Source: an uncultured Sphingomonadaceae bacterium (lineage in GTDB: Bacteria; Pseudomonadota; Alphaproteobacteria; Sphingomonadales; Sphingomonadaceae). From it: a DNA stretch of 64,000 bases. The position numbers and the translations under genes are program-made. The DNA is taken from the NCBI GenBank assembly GCA_964242855.1, contig CAXTBZ010000005.1:1051-65050 (forward strand), read 5' to 3'. Positions 1 through 9,507 of this stretch are shown here, one piece after another. The first letter of the stretch is position 1. Each line of letters starts with the position of its first letter. The notes below the pieces were generated by a model. The model was not told the origin of the DNA and made no database searches. It worked only from the letters and a program-made list of their open reading frames with translations.

Positions 1-183
1 TTCGGCATCGGTGCTGAGATCGCGTCGGAGATCAACGAGGTCTACTTCGGCAAGCTCAAAGCACCGGTGAAGCGGATAGGTGGGGCTTTCTGTCCGGTAC
101 CCTTCGCCAAGGGCCTGGAAACCGCCTTCGCGCCGTCGGCCGAAGGAATTGTTGATGCCGTCAAAGGCATCGTCGGGAACTGA
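1..183 (+). CDS. C-terminus of a 2-oxoacid/acetoin dehydrogenase E1 beta subunit (transketolase C-terminal domain), partial
   Basis: Frame +1 reads FGIGAEIASEINEVYFGKLKAPVKRIGGAFCPVPFAKGLE...* (stop at 181-183), the typical E1-beta tail. Confidence 0.85.
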   Translation, partial: FGIGAEIASEINEVYFGKLKAPVKRIGGAFCPVPFAKGLETAFAPSAEGIVDAVKGIVGN

Positions 184-185
184 TC

Positions 186-1109
186 GTGGCGAAGGTCATC
201 ATCAGTTGTGCGGTAACCGGCTCGATTCACACGCCGTCAATGTCGCCACATCTCCCGGTGACGGCGTCCGAGATTGCCGAGAGCGCATTGGGCGCGGCGG
301 AGGCTGGCGCGGCGATCGTGCATCTCCATGCGCGTAACCCGGAAGACGGGCGTCCGGACCAAAGTCCGGAAGCTTTCGAGCCGTTCCTTCGGGTGATCAA
401 GCAATCTTCCAACGTCGTCGTGAATCTGACGACAGGCGGATCGCCATATATGCCGGTCGAAGAGCGCGTTCAGCCGGCCGCGGTCTGGAAGCCCGAGGTC
501 GCGAGCCTTAACATGGGATCGATGAACTTCGGCCTCTTCCCGATGCTCAAGCGGTACACCGAGTTCAAGCACGACTGGGAACCAGCGATGTTGGAGGGGT
601 CACACGACCTTGTATTCCGCAATAGCTTCAAGGATATCCGCTACGCACTTGAAACCCTTAACGACACCGGGGCTCGCTACGAATTCGAATGCTATGATAC
701 CAGCCATCTCCACAATCTTCATTATTTTTGGTCTGAGGGGTTAGTGAAGGCGCCGCTCTTCATTCAGACATGCTTCGGCTTGCTCGGTGGTATCGGTGCT
801 CACCCCGAAGAGGTGTTGCATATGAAGCGTACAGCAGATCGGCTGTTCGGCGACTCCTATCGCTGGTCTGTCCTTGGCGCCGGCCGAAGCCAGATGCAGG
901 TAGCGGCACAGGCGGCTGCGATGGGGGCCCACGTCCGTGTCGGATTGGAAGACAACCTTTGGATCGACAAAGGCACCCTAGCGCCCAGCAATGCCTCGCA
1001 GGTTGTCCGCGTTCGGAGTATCTTGGAGGGCCTCGGGCTTGAGGTTGCGACGCCGGACGAAGCTCGGGCGATTTTAGCGCTGAAGGGGGCTGATCAGGTC
1101 GGTTTTTAA
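186..1109 (+). CDS. Beta-keto acid cleavage enzyme (3-keto-5-aminohexanoate cleavage / DUF849 family)
   Basis: IISCAVTG start, HLHAR metal-binding motif, ASLNMGSMNF and HVRVGLEDN motifs. Confidence 0.93.
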   Translation: MAKVIISCAVTGSIHTPSMSPHLPVTASEIAESALGAAEAGAAIVHLHARNPEDGRPDQSPEAFEPFLRVIKQSSNVVVNLTTGGSPYMPVEERVQPAAVWKPEVASLNMGSMNFGLFPMLKRYTEFKHDWEPAMLEGSHDLVFRNSFKDIRYALETLNDTGARYEFECYDTSHLHNLHYFWSEGLVKAPLFIQTCFGLLGGIGAHPEEVLHMKRTADRLFGDSYRWSVLGAGRSQMQVAAQAAAMGAHVRVGLEDNLWIDKGTLAPSNASQVVRVRSILEGLGLEVATPDEARAILALKGADQVGF

Positions 1110-1130
1110 AAGCCAACGGGCCAAACGTAA

Positions 1131-1157
1131 AAAAAGAGAACCGGTTTTAATCGGTTC
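1131..1157. terminator. Possible weak terminator hairpin after the cleavage enzyme gene
   Basis: GAACCG-N8-CGGTTC stem (1138-1157) next to an A-run. Confidence 0.25.
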
Positions 1158-1482
1158 CCTCAGGGCAGGAGAGAACGCCCTCTCCCTTTTGCGCCGAAGG
1201 AGACTGTATGCAAGCGTACCGTCTCTGGTGATAGTAAATGTCTGTCGATTGTGGATCGGCGCCTAAAGCGGAGTCCGCCCTGAGCGATGCAACTATCTAC
1301 GATGTTTGGAATTCTAGGCGTGATCCGGTCGGCGCCGATCAGGATCCCCAAGTCGCCTCAGAGCTGTTTCAATCCTGAGCGAGTGAAGCGGCTGGTCCGA
1401 ACCCGTTGGGAACGCGTCCGAACGGGTCGCGCCTCAGTGGTTACTGGGCGACGCATTGCGATAGCTCGTCCGACTTTTGCAC

Positions 1483-2043
1483 TTACTTGAGTGAAGCGAA
1501 CGCCAGTCTTGAATGTGTCAGCGTCACGCCTGCTTTTCGTCGGTTAGCAGGTGTTGCGCCTTGCGACCGCATAGCGGCAATTTCCACGGGACGAAGCGAT
1601 GATCGTCGGACTGCAAAAGCGGCGCCGTCTGAGTCAAACGTAACACTAAACGGCAGGCCGTAACCATCGCCCTCGAGCCTTATTGCCAAACTACCAGCTG
1701 TATCGGGATGCAAGGATGTAAAACCGGTTGTCGTCGGTGGAGGCGTGCTCGAACGATCAATCCATGGGAGTACGATGCGGTCCGCCGCCGCTGCTACGCC
1801 GAGCTCGGGCACGCTACGCACTTCGTTCATGCAGGGCACAATCCCGTGAGCTCCAAACATCAGGACCGCATCAGCATAGGCCCCGCGCTCAGGAGCCGAA
1901 GGAACGGCCGTAAACAGAGGCTGCCACCTGAGATGGGATATAACCTTCGCGGTAATGAACAGCACCGTGTTGGCCAGAACCGGCGCCGTCACAGCCCCCC
2001 TGCGGACGCGCCGGTTCGCTACTACCGCGGCGCGGCCGATCAA
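1483..2043 (-). CDS. Hypothetical protein, possibly spurious or degenerate
   Basis: Longest ORF in this gap; no recognisable motif. Confidence 0.25.
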   Translation of the reverse strand: MIGRAAVVANRRVRRGAVTAPVLANTVLFITAKVISHLRWQPLFTAVPSAPERGAYADAVLMFGAHGIVPCMNEVRSVPELGVAAAADRIVLPWIDRSSTPPPTTTGFTSLHPDTAGSLAIRLEGDGYGLPFSVTFDSDGAAFAVRRSSLRPVEIAAMRSQGATPANRRKAGVTLTHSRLAFASLK

Positions 2044-2140
2044 GGTCCGACACTCCCGCAGCCTACCGTCTGGCGTCCCACGCGTTAGACGTCAGTTCCA
2101 GGGTAACCGCCCGGTGGGAGCATCACCCAACAGCGATGCA

Positions 2141-3250
2141 TCAGCCATTCGGAAGCGTAATCTGCAAATCTTCGGGGATGCGCAGCCCGGCGATATCGGC
2201 GGCCGTACGGATGATCGCCATCTTCTCGCGGTTGGAGATGTTGAGCCCGACCAGCCAGCCTGACCCAATGTCGGTGGCGCGAGCGAGATCGGATCGCTTC
2301 GGGTTGATCTCCTCAGCGCTGCGCGCGATCAGGCTCCGGCTACGGCCTCGTACAGCTGTCGCAAGCGCCGGCAGCGCCTCGGGTCGTTCATGGTTTATCG
2401 TTTTCAGGATCTCAACCAGCGCCATCGCGGCGGTAGGCGCACTGCGCTGCTGGCCGAAGATCGTGAACGAGACGCTGCGGTCGACAGGCTTGGGGTGGCC
2501 GGCAGGCGTGAGGCTGCCCTCCTCGTCGTGTACCTGGCGGCCGTCCTTGGCGGAGGATGTCCGCCTGCGTGGGGATAACGGCAGAGCGGCGGGCATGAAC
2601 CCGCGTAGGAACGCGATAACGTCGGCGGGATCGGGCTTGAAGCCGCAGATCGCCTCGGCCTTGCCGCCGACGATCTCGAGCAGCAGATCGTCGGGCTCGG
2701 CGACGAGCTGGCGCCAGGCCTTGGGGAGCGCGGTTACCGCCTCGCGCTTGCCGGCGGCATCGCGATAGTCACGCTGGGCATCCTCGAAGGCTGATCCGTC
2801 GCGCACCCGATCGCGGGCGAGATAGCGCAGCAGAATGCGCCGGCATTCCTCCGGATCGCGATCGTCGAGCTGGAGACGGTAGACGCGGCGGTCATCGTAG
2901 CTGCCCTGTCCGCCCGGCACATAGAAGCTCCACTCGCGCCCGTCGGTCAGCACACAGAGCGGCACGCCCTGGTGAAAGGCATATTCGAAGAGCTGACGAT
3001 CGCCATCCATGGCACGCCCGATCCCCTTGACCTCGATGAACACGCCGGGACGGTGACCGAGCGCGAACAGGGCGAAGTCGACACGACCGCGCGGCAGCGC
3101 GAACTCGGGCACCAGCTGGTCGGGATCGGCGCTGTCCCAGCCGAGCGCGTTCAGGATCGGGGTGACGACGCCGTGCGAGATCGCGGCCTCATTGACATAG
3201 GCGCCTTGCGCCAGTCGTTCGCGGATGCGCTCGATCAGCTCCAGCATCAT
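2141..3250 (-). CDS. HsdR N-terminal-like PD-(D/E)XK restriction endonuclease domain protein with a C-terminal putative DNA-binding domain
   Basis: VNEAAI...TPILNALGWD...VPEF...RVDFAL...FIEVK...QLFEYA...VLTDGREWSFY motifs; start reassigned to the ATG at 3250. Confidence 0.8.
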   Translation of the reverse strand: MMLELIERIRERLAQGAYVNEAAISHGVVTPILNALGWDSADPDQLVPEFALPRGRVDFALFALGHRPGVFIEVKGIGRAMDGDRQLFEYAFHQGVPLCVLTDGREWSFYVPGGQGSYDDRRVYRLQLDDRDPEECRRILLRYLARDRVRDGSAFEDAQRDYRDAAGKREAVTALPKAWRQLVAEPDDLLLEIVGGKAEAICGFKPDPADVIAFLRGFMPAALPLSPRRRTSSAKDGRQVHDEEGSLTPAGHPKPVDRSVSFTIFGQQRSAPTAAMALVEILKTINHERPEALPALATAVRGRSRSLIARSAEEINPKRSDLARATDIGSGWLVGLNISNREKMAIIRTAADIAGLRIPEDLQITLPNG

Positions 3251-3673
3251 GTCGGTCCAGCCCCTCGTCGCCCTATGTACCTCTCGGGACGACGGCCGAA
3301 GCCGGATATTGGAAACCTGAAGTAGCCTACAGGCGCATGCGCCTTTGGGCCGAAGCCTTGGACATGCGCGCATGCTACCCGGCCTCGGATTGCTCCGCGA
3401 CCGGTCGGCTACTGTTGAGGTTTCCACGCCCCGCTCTGCCTCTCGACAGAGCGCGATCATCTGTAGGGTTAGAGCTGCAGTTGGCAATAGTCGGGCGTGG
3501 GTAGAGGGACAGGGCTAAGCCTGGCCCACCTTCCAGTGGACTTCACCGGCTGACGGAGCGGTAGTGTTCGGGTGAGTCGCCGTGAAGAGACGCGGCGGCC
3601 ACGCCCTGGCGGTCTGCCGGGCTCGGCCTCGTGGGAGCAGGCGTACCGCCTAGCTCCGCTACGGAGCCTCACC

Positions 3674-4144
3674 ATGAAGACAGCCGCTTGCCTTCTCGCC
3701 GCCGTCCTGACCTGCACGACCGTGCCGGTCCACGCCGACGCGATCAATCCTGCCGCTTACCCGGAGCTCAGCGTCGACGCGCTGCTGCCGCCGATCCTCG
3801 CCGAGCTTAAGCGGACGCTGAAGGACCCGCACTCGATTACCGACTTCACGCTGTGCCTGCCGCACAAGGCGAAGCTGCGTGACGGCCATCCGGTCAGCTG
3901 GTCGGTAACCTTCTCGTTGAACGCCAGGAACAGCTATGGCGGCTATGAAGGTGTCCACATCTACTCGGCACTGTTCCACGACGGCCATCTCTCCGGCCCG
4001 ATCCTGTCCGACCAGTTCGACAGCAATGAAGGCTTCGAAGGCCTCATCAACGGCATGATCGCGCGAAAGATGGCAACCTGCCCGATGATCGACGACGCCC
4101 ACATCCAGGCCATCCTGTCAGGCTCGATCTTCAAGGGGGATTGA
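3674..4144 (+). CDS. Hypothetical secreted protein
   Basis: Signal peptide MKTAACLLAAVL...VHA; LKDP..S and NARNSYGGYEG motif; GGAG upstream of the start. Confidence 0.7.
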   Translation: MKTAACLLAAVLTCTTVPVHADAINPAAYPELSVDALLPPILAELKRTLKDPHSITDFTLCLPHKAKLRDGHPVSWSVTFSLNARNSYGGYEGVHIYSALFHDGHLSGPILSDQFDSNEGFEGLINGMIARKMATCPMIDDAHIQAILSGSIFKGD

Positions 4145-4282
4145 CGGGAGGCGGCACGTGCGGCGCGAGCGGGAACGTGGCTCTCCACCCCGCCGCCGAT
4201 CATGTTCGGAGTGGAGCTTGCACGCGATTCGAGAACTGCGCAGGATTCGAGGCGTGGCTCAAGCATTGCTCGAGTTACGTCA

Positions 4283-5770
4283 TCAAACCCAAGGATCATC
4301 CAGGAGAGCCTCGTTGATCGTCCCATCGCTGTTCAGCGGATAATATGGTTCATTCGGATCGATGATTTCCGGTCCGGCGAGGGTCGACATGACGTCCGTC
4401 GGCCGGTTCGCCAGCATTTGGGCAAGTGCATCGGCCTGATCATCATGCCGACCATTGGGGAAGCGCAGGAGCTCCGTGAGCAAGGAGTCGACCCAGGGTG
4501 CATCATGCGGGAGCACGACGTCCCCGCGACGGATGCTGCCGGCCTGGGCGTAGAAGCGGACCTGCTTGCTTTCGACCGCCTTGCAGGCGGTAGGGTTCGG
4601 CATCCAGGACAGCTGGCGTTCGCGCCGCAGCATGGTGATCAGCTGGGTGCCGCTGGACTTGTCTTCGATCAGCAGCTGCTCGACGCGGTAGTGACGGCAC
4701 AGACGCTCGATCGCCGCGCGCAGACCGAAGACGTCGCCGCGCTCGCGATAGACGTCGAGGATGTAGTATCTGCCGCTCATGTAGCGGGCGATGATCGCGA
4801 CGCTGAAGTCGGTGTTGAGGCCCTCCTTGCACGCGGTGTCGAGGCTCATCACCACGACGCCGCCGGTGGGCGGAGTTTCGTAGCGCAGGAACGAGGCGGC
4901 CTTGACCCAATTGCCCGTGGCGGGGATCGGGTCCTGCAGAAACTGGCTGGCGAATGCGTTCGGATCACGTCCCTCGATGCGGCGGAGGTCGTCGAGCGAC
5001 AAGCGTTGGGGATGGAGCGGTTCGCCCTCAGCGCGGACGTGGATGGCATCTGCCTGCCAACCGATGCGAATATGCTCATCCTCGGCGGCGATCGCCGGCA
5101 GGCGCAGTTCATGCCAGCCACCCCGCTCGATGATCTCGCCGACCAGGTCTGCTTCGTGGAGGCGCTGCATGACGACGATGATCGCGCCGCGCGCGGCGTC
5201 GTTGTGGCGGTGGACCAGGCTGTTGTAGAATTTGGTGGTGGCAGCGGTTCGCTGACCCTCGCTGAAGATGTCGACCGCCTTCATCGGGTCATCGACGATG
5301 ATGATGTCGGCACCACGCCCGGTAATACCGCCATCGAACGAGGAGGACAGACGGCCGCCGCCACGGCTCGTCTCGAAATCGAGGATCGTACGCTTGGTGA
5401 GGTGCAGGTCCGGAAAGGCGGCCGCGAACCACGGCGACTGGATCAGCTGCAGGCACTGGCGGGCATGCTTTTCGGCGAGCTCCATGCCGTAGCTCACGCA
5501 CATGAAGTTGAGCGCAGGATTATTGCCGAGCATCCAGGCGACCCAGGCGACGCTCACCGTGATCGATTTCAGGTGACGCGGCGGCATTGTGACCGCGAGA
5601 TAGCGATTATCGCCGCGGAGCACCCGGTCGAGCTCATGGGCGATCGCATCGATGTGCCAGTTGTGGAGGTAAGGCTTTTCGGGCTCCAGCGCACGAAAAG
5701 CAAAGCGGAGGAACAGGCCGAAATGCTGCCGCAGCATGGCCGAGCGGTATTGTGCGCCGCTGATGGCCAT
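4283..5770 (-). CDS. Phage terminase large subunit-like protein (ATPase plus RNase H-like nuclease)
   Basis: Walker A-like MPPRHLKS, GRGADIIIVDDP (Walker B), VMQRLHEADL, C-terminal SLDTA...DFS and FPNGRHDDQADAL. Confidence 0.9.
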   Translation of the reverse strand: MAISGAQYRSAMLRQHFGLFLRFAFRALEPEKPYLHNWHIDAIAHELDRVLRGDNRYLAVTMPPRHLKSITVSVAWVAWMLGNNPALNFMCVSYGMELAEKHARQCLQLIQSPWFAAAFPDLHLTKRTILDFETSRGGGRLSSSFDGGITGRGADIIIVDDPMKAVDIFSEGQRTAATTKFYNSLVHRHNDAARGAIIVVMQRLHEADLVGEIIERGGWHELRLPAIAAEDEHIRIGWQADAIHVRAEGEPLHPQRLSLDDLRRIEGRDPNAFASQFLQDPIPATGNWVKAASFLRYETPPTGGVVVMSLDTACKEGLNTDFSVAIIARYMSGRYYILDVYRERGDVFGLRAAIERLCRHYRVEQLLIEDKSSGTQLITMLRRERQLSWMPNPTACKAVESKQVRFYAQAGSIRRGDVVLPHDAPWVDSLLTELLRFPNGRHDDQADALAQMLANRPTDVMSTLAGPEIIDPNEPYYPLNSDGTINEALLDDPWV

Positions 5771-6351
5771 CAGCTGTCTTCCTCGTTGTGACGCGTGTCC
5801 AGATGATCCTCGTCGCGTGGCTGCCCCTCATGCTGGCTATCCGCCTCATCGACGGGTTTCGGCAATGATGCCGGCGCGGCGTGAGATGCCGCCTGTTCGC
5901 TTAGGAACTGCTCGATGATCTCCTGATCGCTCTGTGGCAGGCGCTGCTCCTTGACGGCTTCGCGGTCGGCGAGGCGGCGCTCCTGCTCGAAAATGAGCGA
6001 AATCGAGCGCTCCTTGCCGCGGCTGATGGCATTGTCGAAGGTGCGCACGATGGTCGCGAGACGCTTGCTCGCCGTACGCTTCTTGCCGGCCTCATCGAAG
6101 GAGAACTGGCGCTGCGACTCCTCGCGATACTCGGTGTCGAAGTTGCGCACGCCCTTCGGTCGACGGCCGCGTTTACGGCCATCGTTAACCCCGAAGCGAT
6201 GCTCGGGAGGCGGGCGGTCGCGGCCGACTTCGTAGCTGCCATCCTCGCGGGTGTTGCCCTCCTTGATGGGCTTGCCGTCCTTGCGCAGGCCGCGCCGGGC
6301 AAAGCCCTTGTTGCCCTGAGACCATGGGTCGAGTGTTTCGTCGTCGCTCAT
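5770..6351 (-). CDS. DUF5681-like small basic protein (putative small terminase-like partner)
   Basis: YEVGRDRPPPEHRF...GRRPKGVRN motif; 1-nt overlap with the terminase gene. Confidence 0.75.
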   Translation of the reverse strand: MSDDETLDPWSQGNKGFARRGLRKDGKPIKEGNTREDGSYEVGRDRPPPEHRFGVNDGRKRGRRPKGVRNFDTEYREESQRQFSFDEAGKKRTASKRLATIVRTFDNAISRGKERSISLIFEQERRLADREAVKEQRLPQSDQEIIEQFLSEQAASHAAPASLPKPVDEADSQHEGQPRDEDHLDTRHNEEDS

Positions 6352-6423
6352 GATGTCCTCGCATTTACAGAAACCCTGTCCGGCGCTTGCTGCTGTGGAC
6401 AGGGTCGAAGTAGGTGGCGCAAA

Positions 6424-7758
6424 TCAGCTGGCTGCAGAGAGGCCGCGTTCGGCGCCAACCTCGGCAAAGGGCTTGGTGCCGCCGAGCAGGGCGACCTCGC
6501 CGGTCGCCTCCATCAGGCGGCGCAACGACACGTCGCAGTAGCGCGGATCGAGCTCGATGCCGTAGCCGCGGCGCCCGGTCATCTCTGCTGCGACGAGCGT
6601 GGTGGCAGAGCCGAGGAAGGGGTCGAGCACGATCGCGCCGTGCTGCGAACAGTCGAGCAGGGCGTCAGCCACCATATTCTTGGGCTTGACGGTCGGATGG
6701 TCGAGCAGGTCCTGCTTGCGGCCGGGGCCGAACACATTGGCACCGGCATAGGACCACACGTTGGTGCGATAGCGACCATCAAGCCCGAAATTATTGATGT
6801 GCTGGCCCTGGTTGAGTAGATAGACCTCAATGAGTTCGTGCTGGGAGCGGTAGAAGCTGCCCATTCCGGCGTTGCTTTTCGCCCACACGATCATGTTCAT
6901 CCGCTTGGCAAACACACCGTCGGCTGCATCGACGAGGCGCGGCTGTGCGCGCCAGTCGATGCAGAAATATCCGATCGCGCCGGCGACGCAGTTGGCTGCC
7001 AGGCAGCGAAAGGTCGGGCGCAGCAGGCCGGCCACGAACTTTTCGGGCGAAAGCCCGTCCGAGCCCATGACGAAGTCGTCATGGACGAGCTGGGCCAGGC
7101 CCGACACATTGCCCTTGATCTTGTTGCCATAGGGCGGGTCGGTGAAGACGATCTGGGCAAGTTCGCCCTCGAGCAGCAGATCGTAGGTCTCGCGCAGGCG
7201 CGCATCGCCGCAGACCACCACATGGCGCCCGACCACCCAGCGGTCGCCGACACGCGAGACGGCGGGCTTGCGGGACGGCAGCGCCACGATATCGTCGGGA
7301 GCCTTGGTATCATCATCGCCTATCGACAGGAGGCTGTCGATCTTGAGCGTGCCGAGCATGGTGAGTTCGGTGTCGTAGCCGAGCTTCATCAGACCTTCGA
7401 GCTCGGCCTTGAGCTGGCGCTTGGACCAGCCTGCTTGCTCGGCGAGTGCATTGTCGGCGATGGTATAGGCGCGAACCTCGGCATCGCTCAGATGGTCGAG
7501 CGGGATCGTGGGCACCGCCTTCAGCCCGAGCAGCTTGGCACTGGCCAGGCGACAATGACCGGCAATAACCTTGCGCTCAGCATCGATAAGGATGGGATTG
7601 GTCCAGCCGAAGGTCTTGATGCTGTGCGCGGTGTTCTGGATCTGGCGCCTGGAATGCACCCGAGCGTTGCCGGGGTAGGGAATGAGCGACAGGGTCGGCA
7701 GCATTGCGAGCTTAAGATGATCGAGAAGGGGCGGGGCGAGGGGCTGAGAGCTGGGCAT
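6424..7758 (-). CDS. ParB-like N-terminal domain fused to an N4/N6 DNA methyltransferase (beta class)
   Basis: NARVHS...FGWTNPILID...IAGHCRL...IADN (ParB-like); TDPPYG; HPTVKP; VLDPFLGS...GIELDPRYCD; start placed at the internal ATG. Confidence 0.9.
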   Translation of the reverse strand: MPSSQPLAPPLLDHLKLAMLPTLSLIPYPGNARVHSRRQIQNTAHSIKTFGWTNPILIDAERKVIAGHCRLASAKLLGLKAVPTIPLDHLSDAEVRAYTIADNALAEQAGWSKRQLKAELEGLMKLGYDTELTMLGTLKIDSLLSIGDDDTKAPDDIVALPSRKPAVSRVGDRWVVGRHVVVCGDARLRETYDLLLEGELAQIVFTDPPYGNKIKGNVSGLAQLVHDDFVMGSDGLSPEKFVAGLLRPTFRCLAANCVAGAIGYFCIDWRAQPRLVDAADGVFAKRMNMIVWAKSNAGMGSFYRSQHELIEVYLLNQGQHINNFGLDGRYRTNVWSYAGANVFGPGRKQDLLDHPTVKPKNMVADALLDCSQHGAIVLDPFLGSATTLVAAEMTGRRGYGIELDPRYCDVSLRRLMEATGEVALLGGTKPFAEVGAERGLSAAS

Positions 7759-7846
7759 GGCTGGTCTCCGGACGCACCGGCGAGATTGCCGGGCGGCCGA
7801 AAACAACAGGATGCAAGCGTGAAATGTAGGACGGAGTAGGTAACGC

Positions 7847-8935
7847 TTATTCGCGTATCGGCCGGTCCGCTATGCGCAGCGGTCCTTTTGCAAGCTGGAG
7901 GCGTAATCGTCGCATCAGCCAACTGAGCTGGCGTGCCATGAGCTTGGGATGGCGCTTCCGGATACAGAACGGCACGTGCCCACGTGCGAGCATCAGAAGG
8001 TGTTCAGCGAACATATGATGCGGCGCGTACGGATCGGGGCTTCCGTCGGCGCTTTGATAGTAGGTCAAGTGACGGTCGGTAAGTTCGACAAGGAGATCGT
8101 CGAGTTCGTAAATGAAGACGCTCTGCGCGAGGTCGTAGTCCGGACCCTTCTGGTCAGCGATGGCAGAAGCGGCGGTATCCGCGGCTTCGGCCAGAGCCGC
8201 AAGCTGATGGCTCAGGCGCGAGACGGGGTCTATCTGCAGAGGTAAGTCTGAGAGCTGATCGGTAGACAGCCACAGGCTGAAATAGTCGCTGCTGGACTTG
8301 TCCCACTTCTTGAGTTCCAACAGATCGGCGACCGGCTTGCGCACGGTTGGGGGCAACATGCGGTCGCCGAGCGCCAGCTCCAGCCGTTCAAGCCACAGGA
8401 CATTGTCGGGAACGTAGCGGCCGACTATCGTTCGACGCTCGACCGCATCGAGTGCGTCGCACAATCGCAATTGATTCTCGTGGCTGAGCTTGTTCAAGGC
8501 GGCCGCCAGCCTCCGGGCTACCTTCGCCACATCAAGCCGCGCTCGTCGCATCGATTTGCGGTCGGTAAAGCCAATCTGCTGCAACGCATGTTGAATGTAG
8601 ACGCCGACGATGATTTCGAGGCGCTGCCTAAAGCTGTCATGCTGTGGGAGGGGCAGCTGCAGCAAGGTCGCAAGCAGCTCACCGTCGGCTGTCGACAGGC
8701 GGAAGGCAATTAGCTGCGGAACGGCAAGGGCCGAGGTCGGTGCCTGCGGCCGTGTGCGGGTTTCGGGCTTTTCTAGGTCAATGCCCTCCAGCCAGCACGT
8801 CGTTGGCAAGACCTCGAAACATTTGAAGCACGTGTGATGCTTCGCAAGCTTCAGCTTCTCCAGCCGGCCAAGGCATTCGGGCGTTGGCCACGTGGGCTGA
8901 ACCCGTAACCCATTCGCAGCTGTATCGCCTTCCAC
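7847..8935 (-). CDS. Hypothetical protein associated with the terminase block
   Basis: Long ORF co-oriented with the methyltransferase-terminase genes; start uncertain; no motif recognised. Confidence 0.55.
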   Translation of the reverse strand: MEGDTAANGLRVQPTWPTPECLGRLEKLKLAKHHTCFKCFEVLPTTCWLEGIDLEKPETRTRPQAPTSALAVPQLIAFRLSTADGELLATLLQLPLPQHDSFRQRLEIIVGVYIQHALQQIGFTDRKSMRRARLDVAKVARRLAAALNKLSHENQLRLCDALDAVERRTIVGRYVPDNVLWLERLELALGDRMLPPTVRKPVADLLELKKWDKSSSDYFSLWLSTDQLSDLPLQIDPVSRLSHQLAALAEAADTAASAIADQKGPDYDLAQSVFIYELDDLLVELTDRHLTYYQSADGSPDPYAPHHMFAEHLLMLARGHVPFCIRKRHPKLMARQLSWLMRRLRLQLAKGPLRIADRPIRE

Positions 8936-9074
8936 CGTCAGCTCTTCCTACGAGGCGTCGTCATCTTCCCACAAACGCAGAGCTGGGAAAAGTGCTCAGC
9001 ACCGCGGAAATGTGCCGCGCACTAAGGCCGAGGGATCAACTGTAGCAGCCGAAATGATGCTTTTTCCCACTACT

Positions 9075-9134
9075 TTCCCATACAATGGGAACGAGACTGG
9101 TTCGCTCCGGACTGCGTGGCGCACCACCCAGTCC
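9075..9134. repeat. Double palindrome, putative mobile-element terminus or att-like site
   Basis: TTCCCA-tacaa-TGGGAA (9075-9091) followed by the hairpin GGACTG-c-GTGG-cgca-CCAC-c-CAGTCC (9109-9134). Confidence 0.5.
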
Positions 9135-9405
9135 GAAAAGCGGCAGGAACTATCCGCTAGGCGGTGGTGGCCTCCAGTACTCGAGCAGTCCGCGGCATCC
9201 TTGTATCGGCATCCTGACTTTGTGGAAGAAGCAAAGGCGGGCAGGTCAGGTTAGATGATCATTCCGCTTCGAATTCGCTGCAAGTCGGCGAAGAACCAGG
9301 CACTGCGAGCGCATACGAGCGGTTCGGAATCGCTCGCGGCGGCGAGCGGCTACGCTGGAGCGGCTGCGACAAAATCAAGCCACGCCGTAATGTCCAAAAC
9401 ATGAT

Positions 9406-9440
9406 ATCGTCGGACGATTACGCCCAACATTATCTTGACA
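9406..9440 (+). promoter_or_regulatory. Palindromic operator ATCGTCGGACGAT plus a TTGACA -35 box
   Basis: Perfect palindrome at 9406-9418; TTGACA at 9435-9440; the motif recurs at four other promoter regions of the island. Confidence 0.75.
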
Positions 9441-9507
9441 AATGCCACCTCGGTTCGCCAAACGATGCGATGCGCGGGTAGCCATAAGCCCGGTGGAGGA
9501 GACGATA

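Noticed and set aside
1395-1428. GTCCGAAC direct repeat with partial inverted symmetry
   Set aside because: Only two 8-bp copies; no array or spacer structure
4202-5791. 529-aa plus-strand ORF
   Set aside because: Antisense shadow of the terminase gene; no motifs; common in GC-rich DNA
4283-8935. Calling the block a prophage
   Set aside because: No portal, capsid, tail, lysis, repressor or integrase genes are visible
9092-9134. Possible tRNA gene (GGTTCG...CCACCC)
   Set aside because: No D-arm, anticodon arm or acceptor stem can be folded; kept only as a palindromic site
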